From contig NC_042997.1 in the NCBI RefSeq assembly GCF_006345805.1, positions 192,696,001-192,760,000 on the forward strand: a DNA stretch of 64,000 bases, read 5' to 3'. Positions 37,088 through 51,159 of this stretch are shown one piece after another (the first letter of the stretch is position 1; each line of letters starts with the position of its first letter). Source of the stretch: Octopus sinensis (lineage: Eukaryota). The notes under the pieces were generated by a model, which was given only the letters and a program-made list of their open reading frames with translations, was not told the DNA's origin and searched no databases. The translations under genes and the position numbers were made by a program.

Positions 37088-37559
37088 TTTTTTTTGCTGA
37101 TCTACCTCTTCTTTATTTACTACTAGCTTAAAAGCTTTACTTCATGCAGACTATTATGCTAGCTCCTGTGGAGGGCTAATTGACCCTGCAGCCCAAAACT
37201 GAAGAGAGCTAAATAGCATGACTATAATATGTCTGTAATGACTATATGCCCCGGTGATGTTTGATCAGAGGTTAAGGACAGATGAGAATTAATTCTGTAA
37301 GGCAATCATTCTATTGTTCCAGTCCCTCCTTGAATTCCAACTGTTGGCCATTTTGTTCCAAAGTTCTTATCTCAATATTAAATTAATGAAGCAAATGTCA
37401 TCTATCTCCTGCTTGATCTCTGATGCCATCTAACAAACGCCAACCAAGATGGTTTGAATTAGCCAAGTTTTACCTGCTAGAAATAGCAACCCAAATGCTT
37501 TTAAATCACATCCCAATAGTGGATGTTCAGGAACCAAATGAAGGGCAGATTTTCAAACC

Positions 37560-37669
37560 CAGGATCATCCTGATTCCAAAAAGGTATTATATGTCTATGT
37601 AGATCAAATGTAGACTGAGATACAGAGGTCCCAGACAGACAGACAGAATTTCGCTTTTATTATTATAGA
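37560..37669 (-). mobile_element. Helitron-like 5' terminal fragment
   Basis: Minus strand begins A|TCTATAATAATAAAAGCGAAATTCTGTCTGTCTGTC, a typical non-autonomous Helitron 5' end. Confidence 0.5.
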
Positions 37670-37739
37670 TGAGAATTTTCCCTTGAAGAATTTTAGCTAT
37701 TAGCTCTTTGTTACACTGACAGTGACCAATTATTATATA

Positions 37740-38104
37740 ATAGCACTATGACCCGGCAACGCCGGGTCATAGTGCTGGTGCATGCATATACAGCTACGTG
37801 CGTGTGCACATACACACGAGTACTGTCCAAATCTCTGACCAATCACATACAGCTAGCTGGCATTCAATTGGCGTATCAAGTTTCGGGCATTTTGATTGGG
37901 TTTTGGATAGAAAATTCACAAAAAAGTCACTTCTATTGATTTTCTTAATGGCTTTGCGGGGTGACTGGGGAAATGTAAAGATGTGCACGATCACCCTTGG
38001 ACGGTTTCGAATGACCATAGAAAGTGTGAGCCCTCTAACTGAAAAATTGTGGATTTGTATAAAGGACACACACGCAGACATTTTGCCGTTTATATATAGA
38101 GAGA
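37740..38104 (-). mobile_element. Non-autonomous Helitron
   Basis: Minus strand 5' A|TCTCTCTATATATAAACGGCAAAATGTCTGCGTGTGTGT; 3' GC-rich hairpin ending CTAT (CTAG-like). Confidence 0.75.
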
Positions 38105-38902
38105 TAAAATACCACTAATTCTTTACTCATTGAAAATTTTCTTAGTCAAAGTCCAGTCCTGCAATGTTTCAGTTAAAGAACATAAACATATGATAGAAAG
38201 GATTACAGTTTTTTTCCCCCCTTACATTAGTTTCTCATCTCCTTATAAGTGAACATAAAGAAGTTTGGTATGATTTTATGTGATATTGTGCATTTCTGGA
38301 CAGGCTGGTTGATGCAGTCCATGCAATACAGTATTGTGCAGAGCTAAGAATTTATTATGACAGTTAAAAAATCACTACCAAAAGTACATTGAAAACTATT
38401 ATATTCCTTGCAAACAGACTCTGCTCTGTATTACTAGATAAACTGGTGAATACTTCTGCATTATGCAAATTTTCAGACTTTTGGCTATGTATTCCAGCAT
38501 CATTTCGTATAAAAGATCTATTGGAATCATTATTTCGACTTCCGGCCCAGAAACATTATGGTGTACTTTAGTTGAAGGTTGGCAGCCTGCCATTTGCAAT
38601 AAGAATGGACATTTTTACATTTGTTTTGGATGCTGAAGTAGAGGACTTTCGCTGAATAAAACAGTTTGATTCCTGCGACTATTTCTCATCAGGAAAACAA
38701 TAATTTATTCAGTCAAAACTTGGAAGCAATTATTTTCACAAGTTCTACAAGAAGTATTTTGGAACATGTTTTCTGCAGAGTAATTCAATAATAACAATGG
38801 AAAAATTTCTTTGTCCACATTATTTTGGTAGCATTCCTTCTGATATGAGCATAGTATACAAATGGCACTCCTGATAAATATAGTGGACACATTGGAAAAC
38901 AA

Positions 38903-39313
38903 CATCATCATCATCATTGTTTAACATCTGCTTTCCATGCTAACATGAGTTGGACGATTTGACTGAGGACTGGCGAACCAGATGGCTGCACCAGGCTCCA
39001 ATCTGATCTGGCAGAGTTTCTACAGCTGGATGCTTCTACATGCCACCGGCACGAGGGCCAGTCAGGCGGTACTGGCAATGGCCATGCTCAAATGGTGTTT
39101 TTTACGTGTCACCTGCACAGGAGCCAGTCCAGCGGCACTGGCAACAACCTCACTTGAAAGTTTTTTCACGTGCCACTAGCACAAGTGCCAGTAAGGCAAC
39201 GCTGATAACGATCACGCTCTAATGGTGCTTTTTACATGCCACCGGCACGGAAGCCAGTTAGCTGCTCTGGCAACGATCACGTTCGGATGGTGCTCTTAGC
39301 GCTCCACTAGCAT
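38903..39313 (-). mobile_element. RTE 3'-UTR fragment
   Basis: (CAT)n tail plus reverse RTE terminus. Confidence 0.8.
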
Positions 39314-39629
39314 TCATCAATTTCATTGCTGAATTTCTCAGGTTCAACTAAACAGCAAAGACACACTCATCATACTAACTTCCTTACTGTCAATCTTCAG
39401 TTATATTGCCCTTTACATTCACTACAATCAATTGAACCAATTTGCATTAAACAGCAAAGAGGAGATTTTGTGCTGATTCTAGTCACTATCACAGCAATCA
39501 CATGAAGACCTTGACTCTTTCTTGTGCCACAATTCTATGTAACCTTGCTAGACACTGTATATTTCCAGGTTGTAAACTGCTCGTGTCTGTTGAAAAAGAA
39601 GCATTAGTGATTCCTTTATTTCTGGTTTC

Positions 39630-40049
39630 TTCTCTTTTACTTGTTTCAGTCATTTGACTGCGGCCATGCTGGAGCACCGCCTTTAGTGGAGCAAATCACC
39701 CCCAAGACTTATTCTTTGTAAGCCTAGTACTTATTCTATCAGTCTCTTTTGCCGAACTGCTAAGTTATGGGGACGTAAACACACCAGCATCGGTTGTCAC
39801 ACGATGTTGGGGGGACAAACACAGACACACAAACATATATACACACACAAACACACACACATATATATATATATACACATATATACGATGGGCTTCTTTC
39901 AGTTTCCGTTTACCAAATCCACTCACAAGGCTTTGGTCAGCCCGAGGCTATAGTAGAAGACACTTGCCCAAGGTGCCATGTAGTGGGACTGAACGCAGAA
40001 TCATGTGGTTGGTAAGCAAGCTACATACCAAATAGCCACTCCTGCACCT
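39630..40049 (-). mobile_element. SINE family A, full length
   Basis: Reverse consensus. It forms an inverted pair with the plus copy at 40219-40583. Confidence 0.88.
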
Positions 40050-40218
40050 ATATTTGACGAAAACGTTTTGAGAAATTTTTATGGAATTTGGAACTGGCAA
40101 TCACCCAAGCTTACTTCTTGGAAATCACTTTGAGAAATGCAGAGGTTTACCAGTGATCTTCCCTCTTCCTTATACTTCTGAAACTGCAGCAAAAATAAAG
40201 CCCAGTTCACTTAACAAT

Positions 40219-40355
40219 GAGTGGCTGTGTGGTAAGTAGCTTGCTTACGAACCACATGGTTCTGGGTTCAGTCAAGTGTCTTCTACTATAGCCTCGGGCC
40301 AACCAAAGCCTTGTGAGTGGATTTGGTAGACGGAAACTGAAAGAAGCCCGTCGTA

Positions 40356-40392
<37 letters not shown>

Positions 40393-40583
40393 GAATAGGT
40401 GTGTGTATATGTTTGTGTGTCTGTGTTTGTCCCCCCAACATTGCTTGACAACCAATGCTGGTGTGTTTACGTCCCTGTAACTTAGTGGTTCGGCAAGAGG
40501 AAGCGATAGAATAAGTGCTAGGCTTACAAAGAATAAGTCCTGGGGTCGATTTGCTCGACTAAAAAGTTGGTGCTCCAGCATGC
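40219..40583 (+). mobile_element. SINE family A
   Basis: Family A consensus with a small internal deletion. Confidence 0.85.
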
Positions 40584-40587
40584 TCAA

Positions 40588-40995
40588 GCACAGCATGTCT
40601 CCAAAGGTCTCAGTCACCTGTCATTGCCTCCATGAGGCCCAATGTTCAATGGACGTGTGTCACCACCTCATCCCATGTCTTCCTGGGTCTACCTCTTCCA
40701 CAGGTTTCCTCTACTGCTAGGGTATGACACTTTTTCACACAGCTGTCCTCATCCATATGCAACACATGATCATACCAGTGCAGTCATCTCTCTTGCACAC
40801 CACATCTGATGCTTCTCATGTCCAACTTTTCTCTCAAGGCACTGACACTCTGTCATATATGCACACTGACATCCAGTAGAACGTACTAGTTTCATTTCTT
40901 GCTAGCATATGCATGTTCTCAGCAGTCACAGCCCATGCTTCACTGCCATGTAGCATGGTTGTTTGCACACATGCATTATACAGTCTACCTTTCAC
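40588..40995 (-). mobile_element. RTE ORF C-terminal fragment
   Basis: Reverse complement aligns with 20265-20675. Confidence 0.85.
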
Positions 40996-41589
40996 TATAT
41001 ATGACAAGCTTCTTTCAGTTTCCGTCTACCAAATCCACTCACAAGGCTTTGGTCGGCCTGAGGCTATAGTAGAAGACACTTACCCAAGGTTCCACGCAGT
41101 GGGACTGAACCTGGAACCATGTGGTTGGGAAGCAAGCTTCATACCAGACAGCCATGCCTGTGCATATGTCTATAAGTCATATGTATTGATGCTTTACACA
41201 ATCCACATAGCATCAACAGTTTGATTGATGAGACTGTTCTCTAGAATCTCTTGGCAATGTCTTGGAATTAGCGAGTCAATGGAAACACACTGCTTCTTCA
41301 ATTTCTGTATTTCAAACATACATTTTTTCTTGTATGTGATGGTACATTTAAATGTTTTGACTAACTTGTGTTCCTCTATAATTCAAGGACACGATTTTCT
41401 TAAATAATGTGACTACTATACTTAAACTTGAAGGGCCATTAAAAAAGTCATGTTTTTTAACTCATTATGTTGATGGCTCTTCATCATAATTTTTCTGCTT
41501 TTGCCCCTTGATGAAATGTTCATGATGAAGATCAAATGTATTCCTGATGATGATATTGTTCATCTTCATGATGAGGACAAGTGGCACGA

Positions 41590-41960
41590 ATTTTTTCTAG
41601 ATGCATCTCCACTTCCTAATAGTGAAGATTTCATGCATTCTATTTTTTGCAAACTGGATCTGAAAGCAACATAACATCCAATTCAATTCTGCAATGATGA
41701 CAAGAGATAAACTACATTTTAAGCCAATTAACACTTATTCCTTTTTGCAAGATTACTCTCTGATGTAATCACTTTCCAAAGAGTCAAGGATGGTATAATT
41801 ACTGAAAACAATATCAAAGGAATCTACATCTATGTTGATAATGTTTTTATTATTTGTAAAACTTGAGTAACATAATGGGAACTTGGCTCAGTTTATTTCA
41901 GTTATATTGAACAATAACAATTGTCTTCTCTGCCAAATATTCATTTGTTACCCAGGATGC
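41590..41960 (+). mobile_element. Highly decayed Gypsy/Ty3 reverse transcriptase remnant
   Basis: Translates to LDASPLPNSED, KLDLKAT*HPI...DDKR*TTF*AN, FQRV and GIYIYVDNV, resembling LDAYPLP, LDLKSAYHQI and Y-x-D-N. Confidence 0.6.
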
Positions 41961-42015
41961 AAACTAGAAAATAGTTCTCTGTAACTATATGACAACTAGA
42001 TTTGTTTAGTTGTTA

Positions 42016-42303
42016 TGGCACGTGTCAAAAGCACCATCCGATTGTGGCCGTTGCCAGCCTCGTCTGGCCCCCGTGCTGGTGGCACGTAAAAAGCACCATC
42101 TGATCGTGGCCATTTGCCAGCCTCGTCTGGCACGTAAAAAGCACCCACTACACTCACAGAGTGGTTGGCGTTAGGAAGGGCATCCAGCCGTAGAAACATT
42201 GCCAGATCAGACTGGGCCTGGTGCAGCCTTCTGGCTTCCCAGACCCCTGTTGAACCGTCCAACCCATGCTAACATGGAAAGCAGACGCTAAACGATGATG
42301 ATG
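42016..42303 (+). mobile_element. RTE 3' end fragment
   Basis: Close match to 21050-21304. Confidence 0.85.
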
Positions 42304-43964
42304 TCTCTCTTTCAACAGAAGTAATTCAACCTCAACTTAATCCTCGTTTTTCAATGTGAAAAATGACATCTAGATGTTATCCACTTGCTTCAAACTTCAA
42401 TATTTAATGTCTCTCCATCACCTGTTTTGCCTCAAGTTCCACTACAAATTGAAACTGATACTTTTGGAACTACAATTTCAGGCATCCTTCACTGTGATAA
42501 ATTTCTTCAGCACTTTTTCTTGCTCTAAACCAGGTTTTTCATCATCACTATAATATAAAATATCATAATATAATATAAAATATTATAATATAATATAAAA
42601 AGGAAGGAAATGACAAACTCAACTTTGCTTTCTAGAGTGGGAAATCTCAGTCAAGGGCCTGTTCAGAATTTTCGTGTCTGCTTTTTCTCTGCTGTATAGG
42701 TCAGACAAGACTTCTTGAGGTAGTCTTTTATGGCTGGATGCCCTTCCTGATGCCAACCCTTATTTGTTTTTCAAGTAAGGTGTCTTATTCCATGTCTCTA
42801 CATGTTGAATTGCCACTGGATATTATTTTTATGGGAGACATAAACATCATCATCATCATCGTCGTTTGATGTCCGTTTTCCATGGTAGCATGGGTTGGAC
42901 AGTTCGACTGGGGTCTGGGAAGCCAGGAGGCTGCACCAGGCACTAGTCTGATCTGGTAGTGTTTCTACAGCTGGATGCCCTTCCTAATGCCAACCATTCT
43001 GTGAGTGTAGTGGGTGCTTTTTACGTGCCACCAGCACAGGTATCACAACTACAATTTCCATTTGATTTTTATTTTGATGTTGATGTACTTGACTCAATAG
43101 GTCACAGCAGGTCGCCCTACAATCCAAGGATCACTGAAATATTATTAGTGGGTAAAGATACAAATATGCACAACACATGCACATTATATATATATGAAGA
43201 GCTTTCATACAGTTTCTGTCTATCAAATTTCACACATCATATTGGTCAGCCTCAGGCTATAATAGAAGTGAAGATAGTATGCAACAAGATCAAAGTCAAA
43301 GCCACATAGTTGTGAAGCAAAACTCTCATCCATATAACCATGTCTATGGTTGATTTAGTCAGGAATTCCTTCCCCAAAATGTGTGACCTTGAGCTTGTGT
43401 TAAAAATCAGTAGTATAATTTTAACCATGAGTATTAGTACTGTTGTATTAATGGAACCTGGGCCCTTGAATATGTGTGTGACACATTTCTAGCAATAAAG
43501 TCCCAATTCCTTAAAGTCATTCCTGTACATGTTTTCTATTACAACTGTAAGTTATGAGTGAGAGAAATATAAAAACATTGTATGATGGCTCCACTAACTA
43601 AAACATCTAATTTATCTGAAGTTGATACATCACACATAATCATCATTCCACACATACACACACACAAACACATGCTTTCGGTAAGGTCACCATCCTATTC
43701 ATACAACACGTGACTGATGTTTACACTCAGATAACATAATAACCGAATAAACAAAGACAACAACTTACAAATACTCACCATCAAAACAACATTATTTTGA
43801 CCAAAATAACCACTGGAGTTAATCAGGGACCATGCCAATCCTTCATGGAGACCTCTACGTTTTCATCACTAACTGCAATACTAATTCTTTACAACAACAT
43901 CTCCTGATGCACATTATATATATGAAGGGCATTCATTTAAAGTCATTTATATATATTATATATT

Positions 43965-44136
43965 AGGTGCAGGAGTGGCTGTGCGGTAAGTTGCTTGCTT
44001 ACCAACCACATGATTCTGGGTTCACTCCTACTGCGTGGCACCTTGGGCAAGTGTCTTCTACTAGAGCTTTGGGCCGACCAAAGCCTTGTGAGTGGATTTG
44101 GTAGATGGAAACTGAAAGAAGGCGGTCGTATATATG

Positions 44137-44189
<53 letters not shown>

Positions 44190-44383
44190 CTGTGTTTGTC
44201 CCCACAACATCACGGGACAACCAATGCTGGTGTGTTTACGTCCTCGTAACTTAGCTGTTTGGCAAAAGAGACTGATAGAATAAGTACTAGGCTTCCAAAG
44301 AATAAGTCCTGGGGTTGATTTGCTCAACTAAAGGCGGTGCTCCAGCATGGCCGCAGTCAAATGACTGAAACAAGTAAAAGAGT
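43965..44383 (+). mobile_element. SINE family A, full length
   Basis: Complete head-to-tail match to 32174-32562. Confidence 0.9.
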
Positions 44384-44877
44384 ATACCATTTGTTCCTAA
44401 ATACAAATATACAACTTTCTTCAGTGGAGCCAAAGTTTGATTAAAACTGCCCAAATGAAAGTTCTCCAATTAAGAGCAAAATACTGAAATCCAGGGACCA
44501 TCAAGATATTTGAATTCATAACCACCACCCTATCATCTCTGATTTTAGGCAGCTTACAATCCCATGATCAGAAATTTAAGATTAAATGTCACATGTTGAT
44601 TTGTCATGGCAACTTAGAAGCATAGCTGAAATCAAGACCTGCCAGTAAATATGATAGCGTTGACAAGTAGTTGACAGAGGATTCTCATAATTGTATCCGT
44701 TTCAGATTCTCTTTTAGTAATTATCTGAGGTTTTTAACTTCACCGTGCAGATGTAGCTGTATGGTAAGAAGTTTGTGTCCCAACTGTGTGGTGCCTTGGA
44801 CAAGTGTCTTCAATAGCCCCAGGGTGATCAAAGCCTTGTAGGTTGATTTGGTAGACGGAAACTGAAAAGAAGCCTGT

Positions 44878-44908
<31 letters not shown>

Positions 44909-44964
44909 TTGGTTTATGTTTTTCACTGTTTGATTTGCCTAATAGTGGTTTTATCTCTAATTTA

Positions 44965-45019
<55 letters not shown>

Positions 45020-46164
45020 TATCATTCATAATCATCATCATATGTCTGTTTTCCCTGCTGGCATGGGTTAAATGGTTTGACAGGATCTAGCAAGGTCAGA
45101 AGCAGCATTACGTTTCATAGTTTGTTTTACATGGTTTCTACAGAGGGATGCTCTTCCTAACGCCAACCACTTTACAGAATGTACTGCATGCTTTCTATGT
45201 GGCACCATCACCAATGCTTTTTATGTGGCATCAGCACCAGTGTGTGTTACTGTCTCCTTGCCTTGACTTCACGTGACAGTTGTAAATGAGTGTCACCATC
45301 ATGCAAGTGGTGTCCTTTGTTTTCAGTCTTCCATGAAAACATGTCTGGCCTTGAGAAAATAGTACCTTACTTGGAAATAGGTGGGAATTAGTGGCAGGAA
45401 GCACGTCTGGCCATAGAAAATCTGCCTTGACTAATTTTGCCCAACTCATGTGAGTGTGGAGAAATAGGCATTAAATCAATGATCATGTTAATGATTTTAA
45501 CTTGTGGTTATGTAGGTTTTGTCAGTGTTTGTAAATTAATATGGGAAAATTTTAGAAATGTTTCTAATGATGTGCTTTAAATTTGGAGGGCTGTGCAGGA
45601 ATGTCATAAAATCACTTGTTTGCATTGAGAGAGAAAAATTCTGATGGTAATGAAAATGAAAGAGAATTGGATAAAGAGATTTATTTACTTTTCAGTAAAG
45701 TTTACTTAGATGAAGAGTGATGAAATGGGATTAAATCTAAGGATTGTATGTTAATGATAAGCGGGTGTAAAGATTTAGCAAGAAAATGTTTTACCTGCTG
45801 ACCTAACCCAATCCATGAGCCTTGAGGGCCACTATCAGATGCTCCCATGCTAGAAATAGCTGCCAAAAAGGTTTCCCTTGAATCACATTTTGTCATCTTA
45901 AATAATGAAGTCCATGTTATATCAAAAATTGGATGGCCATGACTGAAATGCCTTTGGTCATTGGTTTGTTCAGTCAGACAAGGATCTAAACAATAACAAT
46001 AACCTATGCATTCATTGTTTGATAAATATAAACTGTAGAATTTTTTTTGTCAATCATTATTCATCATCATCTTATCAACCCCTGACACTACTTTCTTGAG
46101 CCTAAGCACTTACACAACCAGTTACTCAGTTTCCGTGATGTATAAATGACTGAGATCACTACAT

Positions 46165-46377
46165 TCTTATTTCTTTACTACCCACCAGGGGCTAAACACA
46201 GAGAGGGCAGACAAACAGATTAAGTCGATTATATCAACCCCAGTGCGTAACTGGTACTTATTTAATCGACCCCAAAAGGATGAAAGGTAAAGTCGACCTC
46301 GGCAGAATTTGAACTCAGAACGTAGCGGCTAAGCATTTCACCTGATGTACTAACGTTTCTGCCAGCTCGCCGCCTTA
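46165..46377 (-). mobile_element. SINE family B with probable TSD
   Basis: Reverse consensus; ACTACATTCT occurs on both flanks. Confidence 0.85.
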
Positions 46378-46610
46378 AACTACATTCTCTCTGAAAGCAG
46401 TTCCAGTTCATTGCAGAATTACTCTTTTACAGCTGAGTAGACCAGAGCAACATGAAATAAAGTGTTTTACTCAAGAATATAATGCACTACCCAGTCCAGG
46501 AATTGAAACCATGATCTCGCAATCTTGTGTGCAATACCCTTCACTTCAGTAAAATACCAGTAGTATATTGGAGAAAGGGTTAAAGTGGCCCTAGGTGGAA
46601 TTGCATTTAA

Positions 46611-46820
46611 CCCTTTCGTTACCAACCCGGCTGAAACCAGCTCTGGTTCTGAGTATAAATGTCTTGTTTTCATAAGTTTGGAATTAAAATCTTCCACCAA
46701 ACCTTAATCACAATTCATGTTCCTGAATGATAACTGAGTTATTTTACTAAATTCTTTGTTAAATTTAAAGTATTTGAAAGAAACACAGGGCATCTCAAAA
46801 TAAATACGGTAACGAAAGGG
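46611..46820. mobile_element. piggyBac-like TTAA MITE, same family as 26127-26338, opposite orientation
   Basis: TTAA|CCCTTTCGTTACC...GGTAACGAAAGGG|TTAA, perfect 13-bp TIR. Confidence 0.9.
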
Positions 46821-47752
46821 TTAAACCTAACACTGTATATGAGGTTAGCAAGAGAAAAGCCTTCATGTGTAATCCATCTAACTGTCCAATTTATGTTCAT
46901 GCTATCTATTTATTCCATAGTATTTACAACTCATCTGAAGAATACACAGATTCAGATATGTAAATGATAGTCTTTGAGTACCCTAATTTTGGATTTATTG
47001 AGAGCAGAAGACAGCTTTCAGGCTTAAAATGTAGAATCCAGACAATTGAGGAAAAATTTACAAATTCCTGGTTCAAGCCACAGTTTTTGGTATAGCATTT
47101 ATGTTGTCTCAGCTGAGAATTGTGTTTACAGAATTTTGACTGACTGCTGTGTAAATGGAGAGAAGAATCTGTCTATCAGCCTTTTAAAGCACATTAACAC
47201 ATTTTTAAACAAGGCACATTACTATATTTATCATTTTGCTATCCTACTTATTCCCAGTTAAAAATAAATATTGCTCCTATTTTATGGTTCGGTGGATGGA
47301 TGATGGTTGCAATGACATCTAACTTATAAAACACCTGACCTGACTACGCATGAAATGTCTAAATTTGGTGACTTCTCCAGCCTATACTAGCATGAGAAAC
47401 AGGCGAACCTCAGCTTACATCAGTAATTAGTTCCGAGATACACAACTGAAGCCATAAAATGACGTAACACGAAAAACATTTTAAAGAATTTATTAGTTTA
47501 TATCTGTTTTACTAAATAGTTCATACATATTTTCACATGTAGTTTATTTGATTTTCCACTTCAGTATTGATTTTTAGATGTTTTTTTCAAATTTTTATGC
47601 TTTTAAATATATTCACAGAAACTAACACAAAGTCAGATAACTCAACTGAAGTGGCGGTTCATTTTTTTTTTTTCCCCATTAGTTTCTCTAAAATATTATA
47701 TAAAGTCGGAAAAGACATAACCCAAAACAACATATACCTATACACTGTTTAA

Positions 47753-48151
47753 CCCTTTAATATTTAAACTAGTCATATCCAGTTTCAGATATTCTTCTTG
47801 TTTTATGTTCAAACTGATCATGTCCATTTTCTCACACCTACCTCACTATGTCGTTCCGAGTTCAGTCCCACTGCATGGCACCTTGGGCAAGTGTCTTCTA
47901 CTCTAGCCTGAAGCTGACCAAAGCCTTGTGAGTGGTTTTGGTAGCATGGGTTGGATGATTTGATTGAGGTCTGGCGAACCAGATGGCTGCACTAGACTCC
48001 AATCTGATCTGGCAGAGTTTCTACAGCTGGATGCCCTTCCTAATGCCAACCACTCTGAGAGTGTAGTGGGTGCTTTTACGTGCCACCGGCACGAGGGCCA
48101 GTACGTGGTACTGGCAACGGCCACACTCAAATGGTGCTGAATGCTAAAGGG
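47753..48151. mobile_element. Second TTAA MITE family with SINE and RTE pieces inside
   Basis: TTAA|CCCTTTAATATTT...AATGCTAAAGGG|TTAA; related sequence at about 10627-10850 and 55780-55948. Confidence 0.55.
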
Positions 48152-48359
48152 TTAAGGTCATTTACATATATTTTCCTCATAGAAGGCGAATATTTCAGAC
48201 ATTTTTGTGTGTGCATATGTATTTTGTTGATATGGTTGGGTTCTTTTCTGTGCAGTGTGGAGTGGGGTTAAAAGTTGACTAAAGAAGCTGGTTAATAAGC
48301 TTGTCTTTCTGCAAGAACTTAGAAAAGAATCTTTTGAAGAGCTGATCAGCCTTATACAA

Positions 48360-48575
48360 TCTTCTCTACTCTAGGCACAAGGCCCGAAATTATTGGGGAG
48401 GGGACCAGTCAATTAGATCAACCCAAGTACACAACTGGTACTTGATTTATCAACCCCGAAAGGATGAAAGGCAAAGTCGACCTCGGCAGAATTTGAACTC
48501 AGAATGTAGCAACAGACGAAATACTGCTAAGCATTTCGCCAGGTGTGCTAATGTTTTCGCCAGCTCGCTGCCTTA
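48360..48575 (-). mobile_element. SINE family B (alternative tail)
   Basis: Family B head and central domain with tail GGCCTTGTGCCTAGAGTAGAGAAG. Confidence 0.8.
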
Positions 48576-51159
48576 ATAGCTTTGAACAATAAAACACTGG
48601 AGAGCTGAGAGAGCTTCTGAGGTTTTACAACTTGTTAGAAATAGTTGTCAAATTTCAACTCCAGCTTTATAGTCCTAAATAAAAAGAAAAATAAACTGAA
48701 GGCCGTGTAGTTGTAGATATGCAAAATCACATGATAGTCATAATCTAATTTTTTCCCAGCCACTGAACGAAACTTTTGTATTAAATTCAAAGCTTACTGC
48801 ACAACAAATTCATATGCTGCTTATTTAGCACACATTTTTCAATATAAAGTGTTTTTGTGTTGAGCATTTTATTAAAATTTATTACATACGACAAACATAA
48901 GTCTGCACTGTTCTGACACATTTTCCTGATAATTAAAGAAATTCTTTTAACCTGTAACACATCTTTTAAAACAAACACAAATTGAATAATAAAAAGGCTT
49001 ACTGTTCTGGACAGTGTAGATTAATAGGATTTAAACTTGTATAAGTTTACTCTGTGTGTTTCTAAATGGTCAAAAGGATTAATGACTATATTTAAGGCAG
49101 ATACACACTAAATATACAAAACTGTCCATAATGCCATTATTTTGAGAAAAGCTTATTTTTAGTTATAGGAAAATAAAGTCCTGCATGGGGGCCTAAGCAC
49201 ACAGGACCATGCAGTTTAGTGGGAATATTGTCTAGGAATCTTAGGTTATTGGATTGCTAATACATCAACACTATCGTGATTGTTATTAACATGTTTCCAT
49301 GGGTTAGGTGCAGTTTATTGAGGCAGATTTTCTACAGCAGGATACCTTTCCTGTAATCATGTCTTACCTGCTTCTAAGCAAGGTAATATTTACCCAAGAC
49401 CAGACATGTTCTTGCAGAATATTGGAAAGGAATGATACTGCTTGTATGACAGTGACAATCATTTACAACTATTACACATTGTCGAGGCAAGGAAACAGAC
49501 ACATACACAATAGGCTTCTTTGAATTTCTGCCTACCAAACCCAGTTACAAAGCTTTGTTAAGTGGGTTTGGTATGTGAAGATATCTGGCTTAGTGGTTAA
49601 GTTATTTAGCTCATGATCAGAAAGTTGTGAGTTCAATACCTGGCAATGTGTTGTATCTTTAAGCAAGACACTTTATTTCATGTTGCTCCAGTCCACTTAG
49701 CTGATAAAAATGTGTAGTACCTGTAATTCAAAGGGTCAGTCTTGTCACATTCTGTATTGCACTGAACCTCCCTGAGAACTACATCATCATCATCTTTTAA
49801 CATCCGCCTTCCATGCTGGCATGGGTTGGACAGTTTGACTGAGGACTGGCAAGCCAGGAGGCTGCACCAGGCTCCAATCTGTTCTGGCAAGGATGCCCTT
49901 CCTAACACCAACCACTCCAAGAGTGTAGTGGGTACTTTTTACATGCCACCAACAAAGGGGCCAGTCAGGCGTGGCAACGACCATTCTCAGTGAAGAGTTA
50001 ATTGTCTGTGGAGTGATTGGCCATTTATGTGTTAATTTCACAAGCAGGCTGTTCCGTTGATCAAACCAGCTGGAATCATAATGATTGTAACTGAAGGAGC
50101 TCCAGTTTTTTTTATTGTTTGCTTGTAGCAGGTTACATGCCATGCATCTCCCATCCACCTGATTTTCTACCATTGTTTATGCCCCTTCCAATGTTCTCCA
50201 TAATTTTGTGAATGATATTCAAGTAATTTTTACGTCAGCAACATGTTAAGTTGCTGCAATCATTAAACATTAATGATACCCAAAATAGGTTTTAAGAGAA
50301 AAATTGAGTTCACCAGTTTGCAACTATGTGACTTTCAGGTTTGATCATACTGTATGGGGCCTAAATGTTTTCTACCATATCTTCATGTTAGCTAAAACAT
50401 TGTGAAAGAAATTTTGTAGATGGAAACTGTGTGGAAGCCCATTGGAAAGACTGCCATTGTCCAACCTAATATCACCACCACCACCACCAGAGCAACAACA
50501 TTTGTTACTTTTAGTAGAGTCCACTTTATTGCAGGTATATGGGCCAGGTCTGAGACTAAATTCCTCATTCTCTTTCCCTTATCAGTTTCAGAGGTGCTAC
50601 TCTTCTCCTGACTAAGCCATTGCGAAAAGAAATTTGGTTAACTTGTGACTAAACAGTTACAAATCACAGGTCATAAATTTAACTCAAAAATATTGTACGT
50701 AAAATAATTACATTAAGTTTAATTCTCCATTATGATGAAACAACTTGGTGGTCCAATCAATATTTATAGATTGTATTGTGAAACCTCCTGTCGGCATGTG
50801 TTCAATGGGATTATGTTCATATGGACCAAATTAGGAAGGGGTGGTTTTTATGGTTACACAGTTGGCATGGTTTGCAACACATTTAATGATCTTCTGAGGC
50901 TTGAGTTTTAAAATATTCTTTTCAAAGCCTACATCCAGCTTGTACAATCATCTCACAATTTTCAGGTACCATATTTTGTTTGTTTCCAGAAATTTGTGGC
51001 TAGCCATGTTATTCTGCTACCCAGATTCAATGGTTGTGCTCCAGCATGGCTATTGCCCACTGGCTGAAGCTAGTAAAAATGTCAAAAAGGTCGTTAATCT
51101 AAGAATCTGTGGCAGTTTACTCAACTGCTTTATTGATGTCAATGTAATGGATCTGTTAA

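Noticed and set aside
38300-38900. Possible decayed Gypsy integrase
   Set aside because: Only a faint IP...HS-x-NG resemblance across frameshifts.
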